From the NCBI GenBank assembly GCA_951406725.2, contig OX597816.1:81902001-81966000 (forward strand): 64,000 nucleotides of DNA, given 5' to 3'. This document shows, piece after piece, positions 39,871 through 52,291 of this stretch. Source of the DNA: Octopus vulgaris (Eukaryota). The notes beneath the pieces were generated by a model. It saw only the letters and a program-made list of their open reading frames with translations, was not told where the DNA came from and made no database searches. Every line of letters starts with the position of its first letter. Position 1 is the stretch's first letter. The position numbers and the translations under genes were made by a program.

Positions 39871-42172
39871 GTAGTTATTTCTTACAGTCTCTTTTACCAA
39901 ACTAGGTTACGGGGATGTAAATAAATCAGTACTAGTTGTTAAGTGATAGGAGGACATGCACAAACACAAAGTCACACACACATAGCTATGTATAAAAACA
40001 CACATTTCACTCTTTGTGATGTACTTTTTGGCAATGGTTGGGAGAAATCAGCAATAGGTGTGTGGAGGTCACCATGAGAGATCAAAGATAGTTGAATAAA
40101 TGAAGGAGCCTTTATGTGGTCACTAACCTTTTAGAAGTAGCAGCCTAAGCAACATATCCTTCAGTGTGGTCCTGGGTTCTCTTCACAAAGTAAAAAGACT
40201 TGATGGTTACGAATAAAACTTCGATCATAGTTCTGTTTGCTCACAGCAGGTTTGGAGGATAAACAAGTACAATATCAAAAATTGTAAAGACCTAGCATTT
40301 AAAGCAATTTTGAATGTTTTATTTGTTTGTCATCCATGACTAGAATATAGATGGGGAGGTACAAGTTTGTAGTGATTGTGTATTTGTACTTTTGAAAGGA
40401 TTTAGGTTATCATTGTTGGAAAATATTCTCCAGGTCATTGCTAACTGAAATATGTGTTTATATTGTTGATGACACCTGTCTGTGGAAGTTCAAGATGGTG
40501 TAATGAGTGCTGTGAATTACTAAAGAATATGTGTTGCTAGAAAAATATAAAGAATGCTGTAAGTTTTTCAAAATAGTAGCTTAAAAATATCTCAATGATA
40601 AAATATCTACAATGAATGTTCAAAAGTGTTCTCTACAATATTTAATACAGATCTTGATCTCTTACAATAATAATACCTAATTGCTGCCAAACCTGTTCTG
40701 TTGCTGTTGTTGTTATTTATATCCAGATTGACTCTGAATGAGCAGACATAATCAAAGGCATTCTATCCTGTAATTTGGGGATTTTGTCTATCAAATATAT
40801 CTTTTTATTATTTTAATGACAGAATGCAATTGAAAAGAGATTTGTCTGCTATTTTAGAAGGTCGAGTGCCCTTTTATGCTAGTCAACTTTGTCCTGTTGT
40901 TTAACAATGAGTCATGTTCATTTAGAGAGTCTGAAAATAAGAGCAAGCATGGCTATATGGTTAAGAAATTTGCTTTACAAGTAAATGCTAACCTAGCTTC
41001 TGTTGTCTTTAATGGTTATAGAAAACAATATTTTCTTCATGTTTTATAGCTATTTTAATTAGACTTCATCTATTGTTTGCTATATAATTTTGTAGTTTTA
41101 CTGTGGATATTATTTCATCATAGTTTTCTGCTTGTAGATCTACCCCTTTCATGTATACACAATAAATGCATTATTGTACTGAATTTTGGGTGGTGCATTC
41201 TAAATGCGGCCATTATTTTTTTTTCATTTTTTCTTGTTTTCTTATCTTAGTGTCTAGCTGAGAATAGTATAACCATAACTTATTACTGGAGCAGCTGCAA
41301 ATTGGCGCCTAACACCTTATATCTTTTTAACTAATTTTCATTTTGTAATAATCTCATGCATGCATAATATTTCTTTGAAGCGATTTCTTTCACCTGTGTA
41401 GAGCACACTGTCTTGTTCATTAATTTCTAAAAATTTATAGTTTTCTCTTGGCTGCTTCTTTATATAACATATTACTGTATGTTTTTTTTTTCAAGTTCAT
41501 TTTCCTCTTTTCAAAGGTAGCTAGCATGATTTTCTTAGCTGACTTTCATATAAATTCGTTTAATTTATCCGTGTAATCTATGCAAAAGTATTTTATTGCT
41601 GCAGTGTAGGTCATCCATATACAAAATATGGCTGATTGTTCTCACATAGCATTTATATCAGAGTCCAATCTGGTTTAATACATTGGTTAAATGTACTTAC
41701 ATCAAACAAACCACTATTTTGCTTATTTCAAAAGGAATTATTTGCCCTTGATACATATTATTGGTACTACTTTCTTCACGGCTAATGTTAGTGTAGTGAG
41801 TGTGCGATTTGAATATAGAGGCACCTACTTTCTCTTTGTAGTGACGGAGATCCTCCAGAGATGACTAGTCCTTCCTCACAGCCCCGACCCGAACACTAAC
41901 GATAGCAGCTGCTAGCCCAAACCCTTAGCGACGTCCTGGCACGTCTTGTGACCTGCACGACCCACGTTGGAAAGGTCAATTTCCGCTCCCTGCGCACGCT
42001 AGACAGCTGACCCCTTCCGCTTGCCCCAGCTTCCGGTCAACGCACCCCGCTGCTGACGTCCGGCTGCTGACGTCCAGCTGCTGACGTCATCCCACACGCC
42101 ACCCTGATCTTAAAGATCACAATCTCTCCGCTCCATGTTGTATTCTACCATCCAACCGGGAGAGCGCCTTGC

Positions 42173-44986
42173 TCATCGAGATCTTCTCAAGCTGGGCTCC
42201 TCATTCTCCCCCTCTCCCAAATCATCGTCCGTCGAAGCAACAATCCTGCGAAGGTCCAAGACGTGTCGTGGTGTGCCATCTACGGATACGTTGCTTCTGG
42301 AATTGATCGCCGTCACCGTTCCTCTGCTCCATTGAGACGTACAGCGCGCCTTTGGTGGCTTGACCCAGACTTCCTCCCCTATTTTCACGCGAACGGGTCC
42401 CTTCTCTTCCTCGTGACCCTCCGGCGCTTTGCTCGGGTGCCTCCATTCATATTTGAACACAGCTCTCTGCGGCACAGATTCCTCAGCTTGTCCGGATCGG
42501 GGAGACAAGTTGTACCAAAAAACTGCTTCAAGCGGCGAAATGTGCCCTCTTTCCGCTATGGCCTTGACTGTCCGATGGTGCCTCTCCACGATCCCGTTAC
42601 CGCCCGGCCTATACGCTGCTCTGAACAAGCGTCGCACGTTCCACCGATCAAGCATAACCCTCAATGCTTCCGAATGAAATGCCGCCCCGTTGCCCATCAG
42701 TAGTTCTTCCACGGGACCTCTCTCTAAAAATATCCCGTTCAGGATCTGCACGATCTCGTCAGCAATGCCCGATCTCAACTCCCTCCAAATGGCCAGCCGG
42801 CCCGGCCCACAGTCGACCATGGAGAGGTACATTCGCTGACGGTAGTGTGTCACATCCACAGCTAGCCTTTTCCAGTTCTGCTCCACGGAAAGGCTTCCCT
42901 GTCCATGCCCACACGGAGCAGGGTCGATGGACTGACACCTGTCGCAGCTCCCGACCACCTTCCGGACGCTTCTCCTGGTGACGTCAGCATCAATTTTTTT
43001 TGCCAGATACAGGGTCCTGTCCACACCCAGGTGATGCATAGCGTGCAGTTTCTTCAATTCAGAGTCATCCAACTGACGCCGCAGCTATCCCTTTCCGGGC
43101 CTCCTCTGGTTCTTCCAACCACGCCCTTTTCACCCTGGTCAGTACGTCCGCCTTGTTTTTCTCTGAAGGCACGAAAACCACGTTCAGCTTCAGTCCGAAT
43201 TCGGCGATCAATTCACCTAGAACTCCTAGACAGCGCTTCACTAACATCTCCGCAGCACCTTTCGTCTGCACTCTCCTGTCACCGGTGATCACCGATCCTA
43301 CCCAGCCAAGCACAGTGGCCGAATCCGTCCGCATTTCAATCGTGCGCAGCCCCCATTTCAAGGCCAAGTTCACCCCTTTCAGCAGCGCGTCTAATTCGGT
43401 GACATTGATGTGGTTGAAATCATCTGCTTTCCGAAGCCAGGCCGCGTCCTCCACCGCAGTGCCTTCGATTGCCAACACCACCCCTATCGCTATACTGCTA
43501 GCATCACACCAGACGGTCCCGCATTTCGTCTTGGGCACGTACCAGTTCCCCCTGACCGGGTCTTCCGCTCTTGTCCTCTCTAGGATCTCCTGCATCATCG
43601 CCACCGTCCCTTCTCCCACCTTGTCACCCCACCTCTCTCCCTCTGCTCATCTCTTGGTGTAACTACACGCCGTGCGCAGCCATCCAGCGATCGGGTAGTG
43701 ACCGACCAACTTCCCACACACCGAGAACAGCTCTCTCCTGCTGACGCTGGAACTCAGCTCTGGGATTTCATTTCCTCTCCGGAACACCAATTCACCTGAT
43801 CCATCTCTTCGCAGCTTCAGCCCCAGCGCGGCTCCCCCTTCAATCGACTCCGGTGGCTTAGCAATCAGTCCGAACTTCTCCAGATGTCTAACTACCTCGT
43901 CGGCTGGCACTACAGTTTTGTCCACCAAAATGTCGTCAATGTAGGAGCTGGTGGCCTTTCTAATTTTGCCGTCTTTCCCTAGGACGGACCTAAGCACTGC
44001 CGCCATGATCTTCGTAGCGGAATTCAGCCTGAAACCCAGCCTGGTTAGACAGTACATCCGGCCCTTGTACCGCACCAGCTGATATCGCCATAGTTTGTCG
44101 CTCACATGGAGCTGTAAGTATGCCAATCTCAAGTCGACAATTGTCGCTGCCTCAGTCGACTGTCTCCACTTACGTAATGCCTCACCACAAACGTCTGTCG
44201 CCTCACCTCCCGTGTGACACGATATGTGCTGGTTTAGCTCCCGAAGTCCAGCACCGGTCTGACTTTTCCCTTCGTAGGCTGCACCACCGCCATCAGATGT
44301 AGCACTCTGCCTGCTACCTCCTCCTTCCAAGGGACAAGGATCCCTTCCTCGATCCACCTCTCCACCTCATCTTCAAACTCAACCCTGGCGTGGCCTTTCA
44401 GGGTATGCTGGTAACAGCTCACCCTGTTCTCCAGTGTCGGGGGCTCGTCCTTCCATTTCCACTCTATCGTCCACCGCTGACCATCGAACGCCACCTGAAA
44501 GTCTTTGTCCTCGATGGTGTAAGCGGCGCAGTCCCTCGCGGGGTTCTGCTCCCTCTGGCGATCCTGACTCGCAGTGCACGACGCCCCCACGCTTCCGAAC
44601 GTGACCTCATTTCCCACAACACTGACGCCACCGAGGCAGTTGATGGCGTCCATCCACATCACCACATCAACTCCATTTATCACGCGTTCGGCCACAATTG
44701 CCTGTAGCCTTAGCATCGCGCCGCGCACCACTATCTCTACCTTGCTGCTGCCTCTGCAACGGATTTCGCTGCCGTCGACCGCCTGGACACTACACACCCC
44801 GTTCCATTCCTTCGTCACCCTCGAAGTCACCAGGGTGGTTGTACAGCCCGTATCCACAAGGGCCTTGAACGTCTCCCCCTCGCCCTCCACGTCAATCAAT
44901 GGCAGCGTCTCCAATAGCGCCTCTACTCGTTTGAGGGGAAAGTTCGAGAGGCAGCAACTTCCCCGCGGTCGTTTCCCTGGCCGCAA
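42173..44986 (-). pseudogene. pol: Pol (protease, RT, RNase H, integrase), disrupted
   Basis: ALVDTGC protease; RPVLDF/RELN and SYIDDILV RT; WCDASS RNase H; HHCC plus D,(D>G),E integrase; frameshifts near 44240 and 43070 and an in-frame stop at 43647-43649. Confidence 0.92.
44915..44977 (-). promoter_or_regulatory. -1 ribosomal frameshift signal (G GGA AAC plus stem-loop/pseudoknot)
   Basis: heptamer lies in the gag frame and pol is in the -1 frame; 6-nt spacer; GGGGAAGTT/AACTTTCCCC stem; loop GCCTCT complementary to downstream AGAGGC. Confidence 0.8.
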
Positions 44987-45687
44987 TCACGGGCAATATG
45001 CCCTGTCTGCCTGCATCGATAGCAAACGGGCCCCGGCTGCGTACAGTCCCGCGCCATGTGCGGTCCCTGGCATCTAAAACACCGTCCTGAGAACGGCCGC
45101 TCTCGTTGCACGGTGAGCTTCTGTACCTCTTTCTCGGGACGTCGTCCGTCTTTACGCGCTTCCGTCACCGCCATCGCTATCGCCTTCCGCCCAGAGTGTC
45201 TCGTCAACGTGCGAGCATGAGCTACAAGTTCGCTTAATGGCATCTTTTTAACCCCGGGCAGTCGTTGTAGGTGAATCCCTACATCGTCGGGGAACCCATT
45301 CACGAACGCCAGTCGGGCTGCTCTCTCCAGTCCTTCTCCGGCAAACCCAGCCAGAGTCGCTAGCCTTCTAGCTTCTGATGCAAAATCGTCCACCTGGCCT
45401 CCCGTCCACCTGATTGCACCTAGCTTAGCGAAAGCTGTGTACTCGCATTCCGTGTATGCGTCACACAAGCGTCGCTCTATATTCTCATCGCTGAGCTGTT
45501 CCTCTTCATCCATCTCTAGGTAAAGCGACAATGCACTCCCTTCCAAATACAGCGCCATAAGACTCGCCACGTCGCTTATGCCCTGCAGTCTCGCCACCAG
45601 CCTGATTTTGCGAATCCAGGCCACTACATCGCCTTCGCCGTTAAAAGGTCTGACAACGTCACTGGCGATCCTAATTTTTGCAGACAT
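44923..45687 (-). CDS. gag: Gag with two CCHC zinc knuckles
   Basis: 254-aa ORF with CFRCQGPHMARDC and CYRCRQTGHIARDC. Confidence 0.92.
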   Translation of the reverse strand: MSAKIRIASDVVRPFNGEGDVVAWIRKIRLVARLQGISDVASLMALYLEGSALSLYLEMDEEEQLSDENIERRLCDAYTECEYTAFAKLGAIRWTGGQVDDFASEARRLATLAGFAGEGLERAARLAFVNGFPDDVGIHLQRLPGVKKMPLSELVAHARTLTRHSGRKAIAMAVTEARKDGRRPEKEVQKLTVQRERPFSGRCFRCQGPHMARDCTQPGPVCYRCRQTGHIARDCGQGNDRGEVAASRTFPSNE

Positions 45688-46114
45688 CGTGTTGAAAAAA
45701 AATGTGAATGTTTACGAACTGCCGAAATAGCTTGTAGTGAGTGTGCAATTTGAATATAGAGGCACCTACCTTCTCTTCGTAGTGACGGAGATCCTCCAGA
45801 GATGACTAGTCCTTCCTCACAGCCCCGACCCGAACACTAACGATAGCAGCTGCTAGCCCAAACCCTTAGCGACGTCCTGGCATGTCTTGTCACCTGCACG
45901 ACCCACGTTGGAAAGGTCAATTTCCGCTCCCTGCGCACGCTTGACAGCTGACCCCTTCCGCTTGCCCCAGCTTCCGGTCAACGCACCCCACTGCTGACGT
46001 CCGGCTGCTGACGTCCAGCTGCTGACATCATCCCACAGTTAGTTGAATTTATCTCGTCTAGACGCTAAGATGAGAAATCCGTTAATAGTAGACAGTCTTT
46101 GTTATGCTTAGCCC

Positions 46115-46528
46115 CAGGACCAGATTTAAACCATGATGGTGGGAGAGGGGAGGGCACTTCAAGTTCAGTGGGCCCCTTATACACGAGAGTTAAAATCTTA
46201 GAAAATTACCAAATTTACATCTCAAAACCCATCTGTTTAAAATAATTCAATTTGATGAGTTAGCAGAGAAAGTTTAAATAAATGACTGAAAATCTTGCTT
46301 TATAGATACACTTTTGCAAAATTCAAATTTCATTTTTCACACATGCACTTGCAGTGTTTGACTTTTCCCTCATTGTGAAAAGTACAATGGAGGGAAGAGT
46401 GGTTTTTTTTCATTGTGCGTTACAAATTTTCAGAATATAAGATAAAATGACTGAAAATTATGAAAAAACAAAGTAAAAATTTTTGTGGTTGTTGCTTTTC
46501 CAAAAGCATGATGAGTGTGTGTGTGTGT

Positions 46529-46577
<49 letters not shown>

Positions 46578-47699
46578 CGGGCGGGTGGGTAGAGATACCC
46601 TAATTTAAAAGACATGAATTTAAAAAATTCTTCTTTTAAAACAGCTTCCCTTCATTGTTTTGTAATGTGTGAAAAAGAAAAAAAGGTGGGGAAACCCTGA
46701 CAAAAATGAGGAAATTCAAACAGTTATTTTCAAAAGTGTGCTTTTCCAGTTTCCAGTAAGAGTAGGTGGGGCACAATGAGTAATACTTACTACATTTTTG
46801 ACTTTGAAGAAAATATATTTTTTGCAAATGTTCACTACCTTGCCAAAACTATATCAGTGAAGTAAAGATCTCTAAATGCAGTAAAACCTATAACATATTC
46901 AGAACACTATTTCAGAAAAGTATCACTGTTCTCTCTGAGCATATAAAAAACAAATTTAAGCGGGGTAAAAAGACAAGACAAGGTAAATATGCCCTTCCAG
47001 TTCCCCAGAATTGAATTTGAAGAAAGAGTCATACGCATAAACATCCATCCTTAGACATCATAAATGCAACAAAATTTAAGATATCTTGGTCAAATGAAAG
47101 AGGATTATGGAAAAATAGCACTTATGAAATTAATGAAACTCAACATAAAATATTCTTTAGAGCTTCTTCACCATATCTTCATTGCTGAAAATTATCCAGA
47201 TATTTTACGAGCTATCTCAATTACAATCAGGTCAAATTTGAGGAAAAATTTCTTGAAAATGGTACCTGTCAACTATGTTTTAAACTCTCAACTTCAAGAG
47301 CAACTATATAGACCAATTTTTACTCCCAACTACGTAACCAATACTGACCAAATTTTACTCCCAAAGATGATGCAATGGTACAAAATGAGAGAAAATAACA
47401 AGAAATCAGAAATTATTCATTTTGACCTAGTTACTAATTTTGCCCTGCTTCCATATAGTAATTCCAAGTGCTTGATAGAATGACAAAAAAATACATACAA
47501 AAATAAGAAAGAAAAAACGGTTTGATTTAAAAAAAAACATTTGAATATATATGCAATAATTCTAAAGCTGAGAATGCTTTTAGCTGTTGAGAGATGTAAT
47601 TTTATAATTAAAACTAAATTCAAAAGTTTTCTTTACTTACATGCTTCATAAAATAAGACCAGTTTTCAAAGCTTCACTGAAATAAGTTTAGAAGTAGAC

Positions 47700-47730
<31 letters not shown>

Positions 47731-48213
47731 CATGCGTGTGTGTGTGTGTGTGTGCCTTTTGCTGCTATTGGTCAAACCAAAGTCAAGCTCAGTCATGTGT
47801 TGAAAGAAGGAATTTAGCCTAGAAACAATAACATTTTTCTATCAATCTCTTTATCTTTATATACATTTATACTCACACACATACACTCACAGATACATAC
47901 ATACATACATTTTCAGGAATGTTCTGTTGTTTCCGTTGTCCCTTGGGAATTGTAAGTGCCTTGGGTATATTTTTAATTAGATTATTTGGTGTTTTTAAAG
48001 TGGCAAAATATATGGGTATTTATCATAAACGACAATCCATTACATTTTTTAAGCAGTCAAGATACCTTTGCATATTGAAAGAGAACCTCTTCATGCCTGA
48101 TTGCTGGGAGATTGGGGGACCTCCTGTATTCAGTACAACATACCCTTCCTAGCAGGGATCCTCTAGATACCTAGGGCAATTGCCCCCTCTCCACCTCTAT
48201 AAATCCAGCCCTA
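46115..48213. mobile_element. Old hAT-like DNA transposon
   Basis: termini CAGGACCAGATTTA / TAAATCCAGCCCTA; degenerate 8-bp TSD CTTAGCCC / CTCAGCTC. Confidence 0.45.
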
Positions 48214-48315
48214 CTCAGCTCACTGCCCCTTTGTCCTTATACAGTGAAAAGTAATTTACTTTGCTGACCAGTGATTGATTTTTACAACCTTATGACTTCA
48301 TTTTCTTTCAGTTCT

Positions 48316-48710
48316 ATATTTAAGAGATGAGGAATTATGTGCATTATTTACATTATTTACATTCAACAGATATTTATCCTCATCTCGTTGTTAACACAAC
48401 ATTTTGACTGATATACCCTCCAGCCTTCTTCAGGTGTCTTGGGAAAATTTCAAACCTGGGTTCTCATTCCTAAGGAATTTTTTGATGTTATTATTATTGT
48501 TCAGGTCACTGCCTGGAATCAAACTCGGAATCTTGGGGTTAGTAGCCCACACTCTTAACCACTACGCCATATGCCCGTGGGCATATGGCATAGTGGTTAA
48601 GGTTTGAAATTTCCCCAAGACACCTGCAGAAGGCTGAAAGGTACATCTGCCAAAACATTGTGTTGACAACAAAGAAGATGAAGACAAATATCCGTCGAAT
48701 GTAAATAATG
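48316..48710. mobile_element. Head-to-head palindromic element: tRNA-like head plus a hammerhead-like motif in each arm
   Basis: inverted arms about 48351-48456 and 48601-48710; central palindrome 48554-48601; A-box TGGCGTAGTGG and B-box-like GAGTTTGATTCC on the minus strand. Confidence 0.7.
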
Positions 48711-50164
48711 TTCATTTTCTTTGTTTATACTATTTTGTTGTTAAGTTTTACATTTGGAATGGTCTTTTGTTGGTCTGTAGGAGTAACTGAAAGAAACTCT
48801 GTTGAATACATGAAAGCGTGTGCTGTCATTTGATTAAGAAAAACCATTGGGAAGCAACTGCCTATTATTCAAGACTGTGAGGTGAAGAGAGAAGCAGTGG
48901 TAATACATTTATTTCCTCATAGCTGATATCACAGTATATGTGGTAGTTCACTATAAGAATCACATTTAGGAGCATTGGTATGATACTGACCCTGAATTCA
49001 TCTTCTTTGAAGTGCTATATGAAGAGGTTGTCAGTAAGAGGTTATGAAATATGACATGTAGTCAGGGGTAGGGGGCAGTTTGAACTTACAAGGTCTAAAG
49101 ATTCACCGAGACCAGAGCTGTACTCTGTCGTGGATGCAATAAAAAGTGATGAGACTGGTGGTGCAGAACAGACAGCCCTACTGTTACACTCATGGCCGTA
49201 AGATATGCATGAGGATTTTGCACCTCGAGAATTTTAGTAAGACAGTAGAAGAGACAGCAACAAAATCAGCTGCAACAATATCACTGCCAGCTGAAGTTCT
49301 GGTAATGGCGGAGGAGATCACCTTGTCGACAAGGTCGAAACCCTCTTGTAGTAGTACCATTCAATTCTCTTGTAGGGATAAAGTGAAAATAGAGATTGGA
49401 GAGGAGAGGCGCATGACTCAGAGAGTTAGGGATTCTTGTCTGAGGTTGTCTGCAATGTATCATCACACCCTTAGCAAATTATATCACACATACAGAGGGC
49501 TAAATGTTAAGAATTACCAACAACATTCACGCTATACACAGAAGACTTAACAAAGAAAGTAAAGCAATGCACAAACACACTTAAAAGCACTTGCGATTAC
49601 AATATTTGGTTAGAGCAAGAAACATTATTGGAAATTAGCAATTCATTTAATGATAGAGAAATTATATTAAGAGTTACGATGAGTCCCAACTTGGATGACT
49701 TTAAATTTGCAACTATTATGGCTTTGGGAAAGTAGTCTTTCAAGACTATTGAAACTGACATGGTTGATGTTAAAGTGCTACTTTAGTATACCATCTATGT
49801 AGCCAACATGATCTGCTACATCGAATTCTACTATAGTATGCAATCTACATGTTTCATTTATTTATTATGGCTTCAATAAAACATTCTTACATTTTTATAC
49901 ATTTATTTAAAAAAATTAAAATGAAGAAGATTTGAAACATGTTTACTAATTTTATGGGTGAATCAAACAAACATCAACCAGAAAAGTAAAAAATAGATGA
50001 TTAAAATTTTTATATGTTTTATACATTTATTATTAAAAAGAAATTAGAATGAAGTAAATTTGAAACAAGTTTACTAATTTTATTGTTAATACATTTATCA
50101 TTAAAATTTATTATTTAATACATTCATTATTAAAAAGAAATTAGAATGAAGAAAATTTGAAATG

Positions 50165-50330
50165 GTGCTACGTTGGTAGCACCCTTTCTGCGAGTTTCCT
50201 TCATTTCTCCACCACAGTGATGACATGGTGCAACATTATCTTCTTCATCTAAAAGGCCATTTCTTTGTAAAAATGCAACTGCCTTCATCTCGACTGTGAT
50301 CTCGTTGTAGAACTCTTTAGTCAACATCTT
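50165..50330 (-). pseudogene. Possible Merlin/IS1595-like transposase N-terminal Zn-ribbon fragment
   Basis: AVAFLQRNGLL...CHHCGGEM. Confidence 0.45.
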
Positions 50331-51266
50331 GAGGGTTCTTTAGATATTCAGATATCAATAAGCAGGTAAAATCACAGAAGGCAGCGTGGGTCAGCTGTCA
50401 AGACTAATATCTATGCTGGTCTGAAGTGTGTTGTTGATGCACCTTGTTGAGTTGGAACTGGAGCTTTGACACTCGAACAACATTCCATTTATGCTTCATA
50501 CTCTCTAACCAGACATTCTCTTGAAACCGATACAGGTGTTCTTGTTCTTGATAAGTATAAATAAGCATAAGCAGTTTCATGATACGTAGATCACATACCA
50601 ACATAGCACTGATGTTAATCTTTAACAACTTCAAGTTCATGTCTGGAGGTTAAATACAAGCAAGGAGGGATTTTGAGAGGGTTGACATTCTAGGGAAGAA
50701 CTTGGATGAGTAGTTAGTGCACAGTCTGTTGGGAAATGAGAACATTCTGAACATTGCCATGAAACAGTGTTTCGCATTTTACTGATACCATACAATTGCC
50801 ACCATCTACATCATTGTAATAGTCCAGAGTTACGTCTTTTCTCTAATACGCTTAATGATAAAATTTTCAGCATTTACCACCGTTTCTCTAAATTATTATT
50901 GTTTAGCTCAGTTATTTTCCATTTTATCAATTATACTTCATTATATCAATCTATCCTCTAAACTCTTCTCTTACAAGTTTACTGTCGAAAAGCTCATGAG
51001 ACTTAACTTACAATAATACTTTCTGATTCAGATTTCATTTATAAAAAGGTACGGAAATATATTCAAGATGGGTATGCCCATATGAAGTATCTACTCACGT
51101 TGCTGAGTATTTATAACAGAATCCAGTTGCAGTAACAATGAAATTTTTGCACAAGATTTCATAGCCTCAAGTATGAGTTACACTCCCCATTTTTATCATG
51201 AAAGTGAGATTTAAACTGTGTAAATACGGCACACACACACATTTACGTCTATACTTTATATATATA

Positions 51267-51763
51267 TCATCATCATCATCATCGTTTAATGTCTGCTGTC
51301 CATGCTAGCATGGGTTGGACAGTTCGACTGGGGTCTGGGAAGCCAGGAGGCTGCACCAGGCCCAGTCTGATCTGGCAGTGTTTCTACAGCTGAATGCCCT
51401 TCCTAACGCCAACCACTCCTTGAGTGTAGTGGGTGCTTTTTACGTGCCAGGCGTGGCTGGCAACGGCCCCGATTGGTTGGTGCTTTTTACGTGCCACCAG
51501 CATGGAGGCCAGTCGAGGCGGCGCTGGCAACAGCCACATTCAGATGGTTCTTTTACATGCCATTGGCACTGGTATCACAACTACAATTTCCGTTGATTTT
51601 TGATCGATTTCGATTTCACTTGCCTCAACAGGTCTTCGCAAGCAGAGTTTTGTGTCCCAAGAAGGAAAGGTATGCATAAGTGGACTGGCTACATCCCGAG
51701 TAAAGGCCACGGGTTATGGTCTCACTTGTCCTGCCGGGTCTTCTCACACACAGCATATTTCCA
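51267..51763 (-). mobile_element. RTE 3' UTR copy with a (GAT)n tail
   Basis: similar to 16987-17690; truncated by the 51764 fold-back element. Confidence 0.82.
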
Positions 51764-52097
51764 GTAGTTGTGTAAAGCCAGAACAATGCGAGAAGGTACA
51801 AAGTAAACTACAAATTGAAAAGAAAATAGAATAAAGTTGAAGCTTTACTTTTTATTTCTATATTTCGGAGTGAAGACCCCTTATTCAGGACATTCAAAAA
51901 AGTGGTAGTTGGAAAAGGCTGTTTGCTCAGATGTGGGCAACAATCTTTTCCAACTACAGCTTTTCCGAATGTCCTGAAGAAAGGGTCTTCACTCCGAAAT
52001 ATTGTAATAAAATGTAAAATTTCAACTTTGTTCTATTTTCTTTATCTTTTGTAGTTACTTTGCACCTTTTCGTGTTATTTCGGCTTTACACAACTAC
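51764..52097. mobile_element. Fold-back element with hammerhead-like cores in both arms (Penelope pLTR-like)
   Basis: about 165-bp imperfect arms; right arm ATGTC CTGAAGA A AGGGT cttc ACTCC GAAA TAT, mirrored in the left arm. Confidence 0.65.
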
Positions 52098-52135
52098 ATT
52101 CTTTAAAACTATACCTCACAATGCTTCACCAAAAC

Positions 52136-52171
<36 letters not shown>

Positions 52172-52291
52172 TTAGAGATAAAACTACTATTAGGCAAATC
52201 AAATTCGAATTATTAATTGAATTTAAATTATTGTTATTGAATTAGGTTATGGGCATGAAACAATCATAGTGGTTTTACTTTTTATCTTATA

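Larger units (their letters stand above)
41792..46037 (-). mobile_element. Full-length Ty3/Gypsy-type LTR retrotransposon, mutated
   Basis: 305-bp TG...CA LTRs at 41792-42096 and 45733-46037; 5-bp TSD GTTAG (41787-41791, 46038-46042); gag-PR-RT-RH-IN order; GC-rich compared with flanks. Confidence 0.96.

Noticed and set aside
42263-45077. Plus-strand ORFs over the LTR element
   Set aside because: Antisense shadows of GC-rich gag-pol.
48500-48577. tRNA gene
   Set aside because: A and B boxes present but no convincing acceptor stem; treated as a SINE head.
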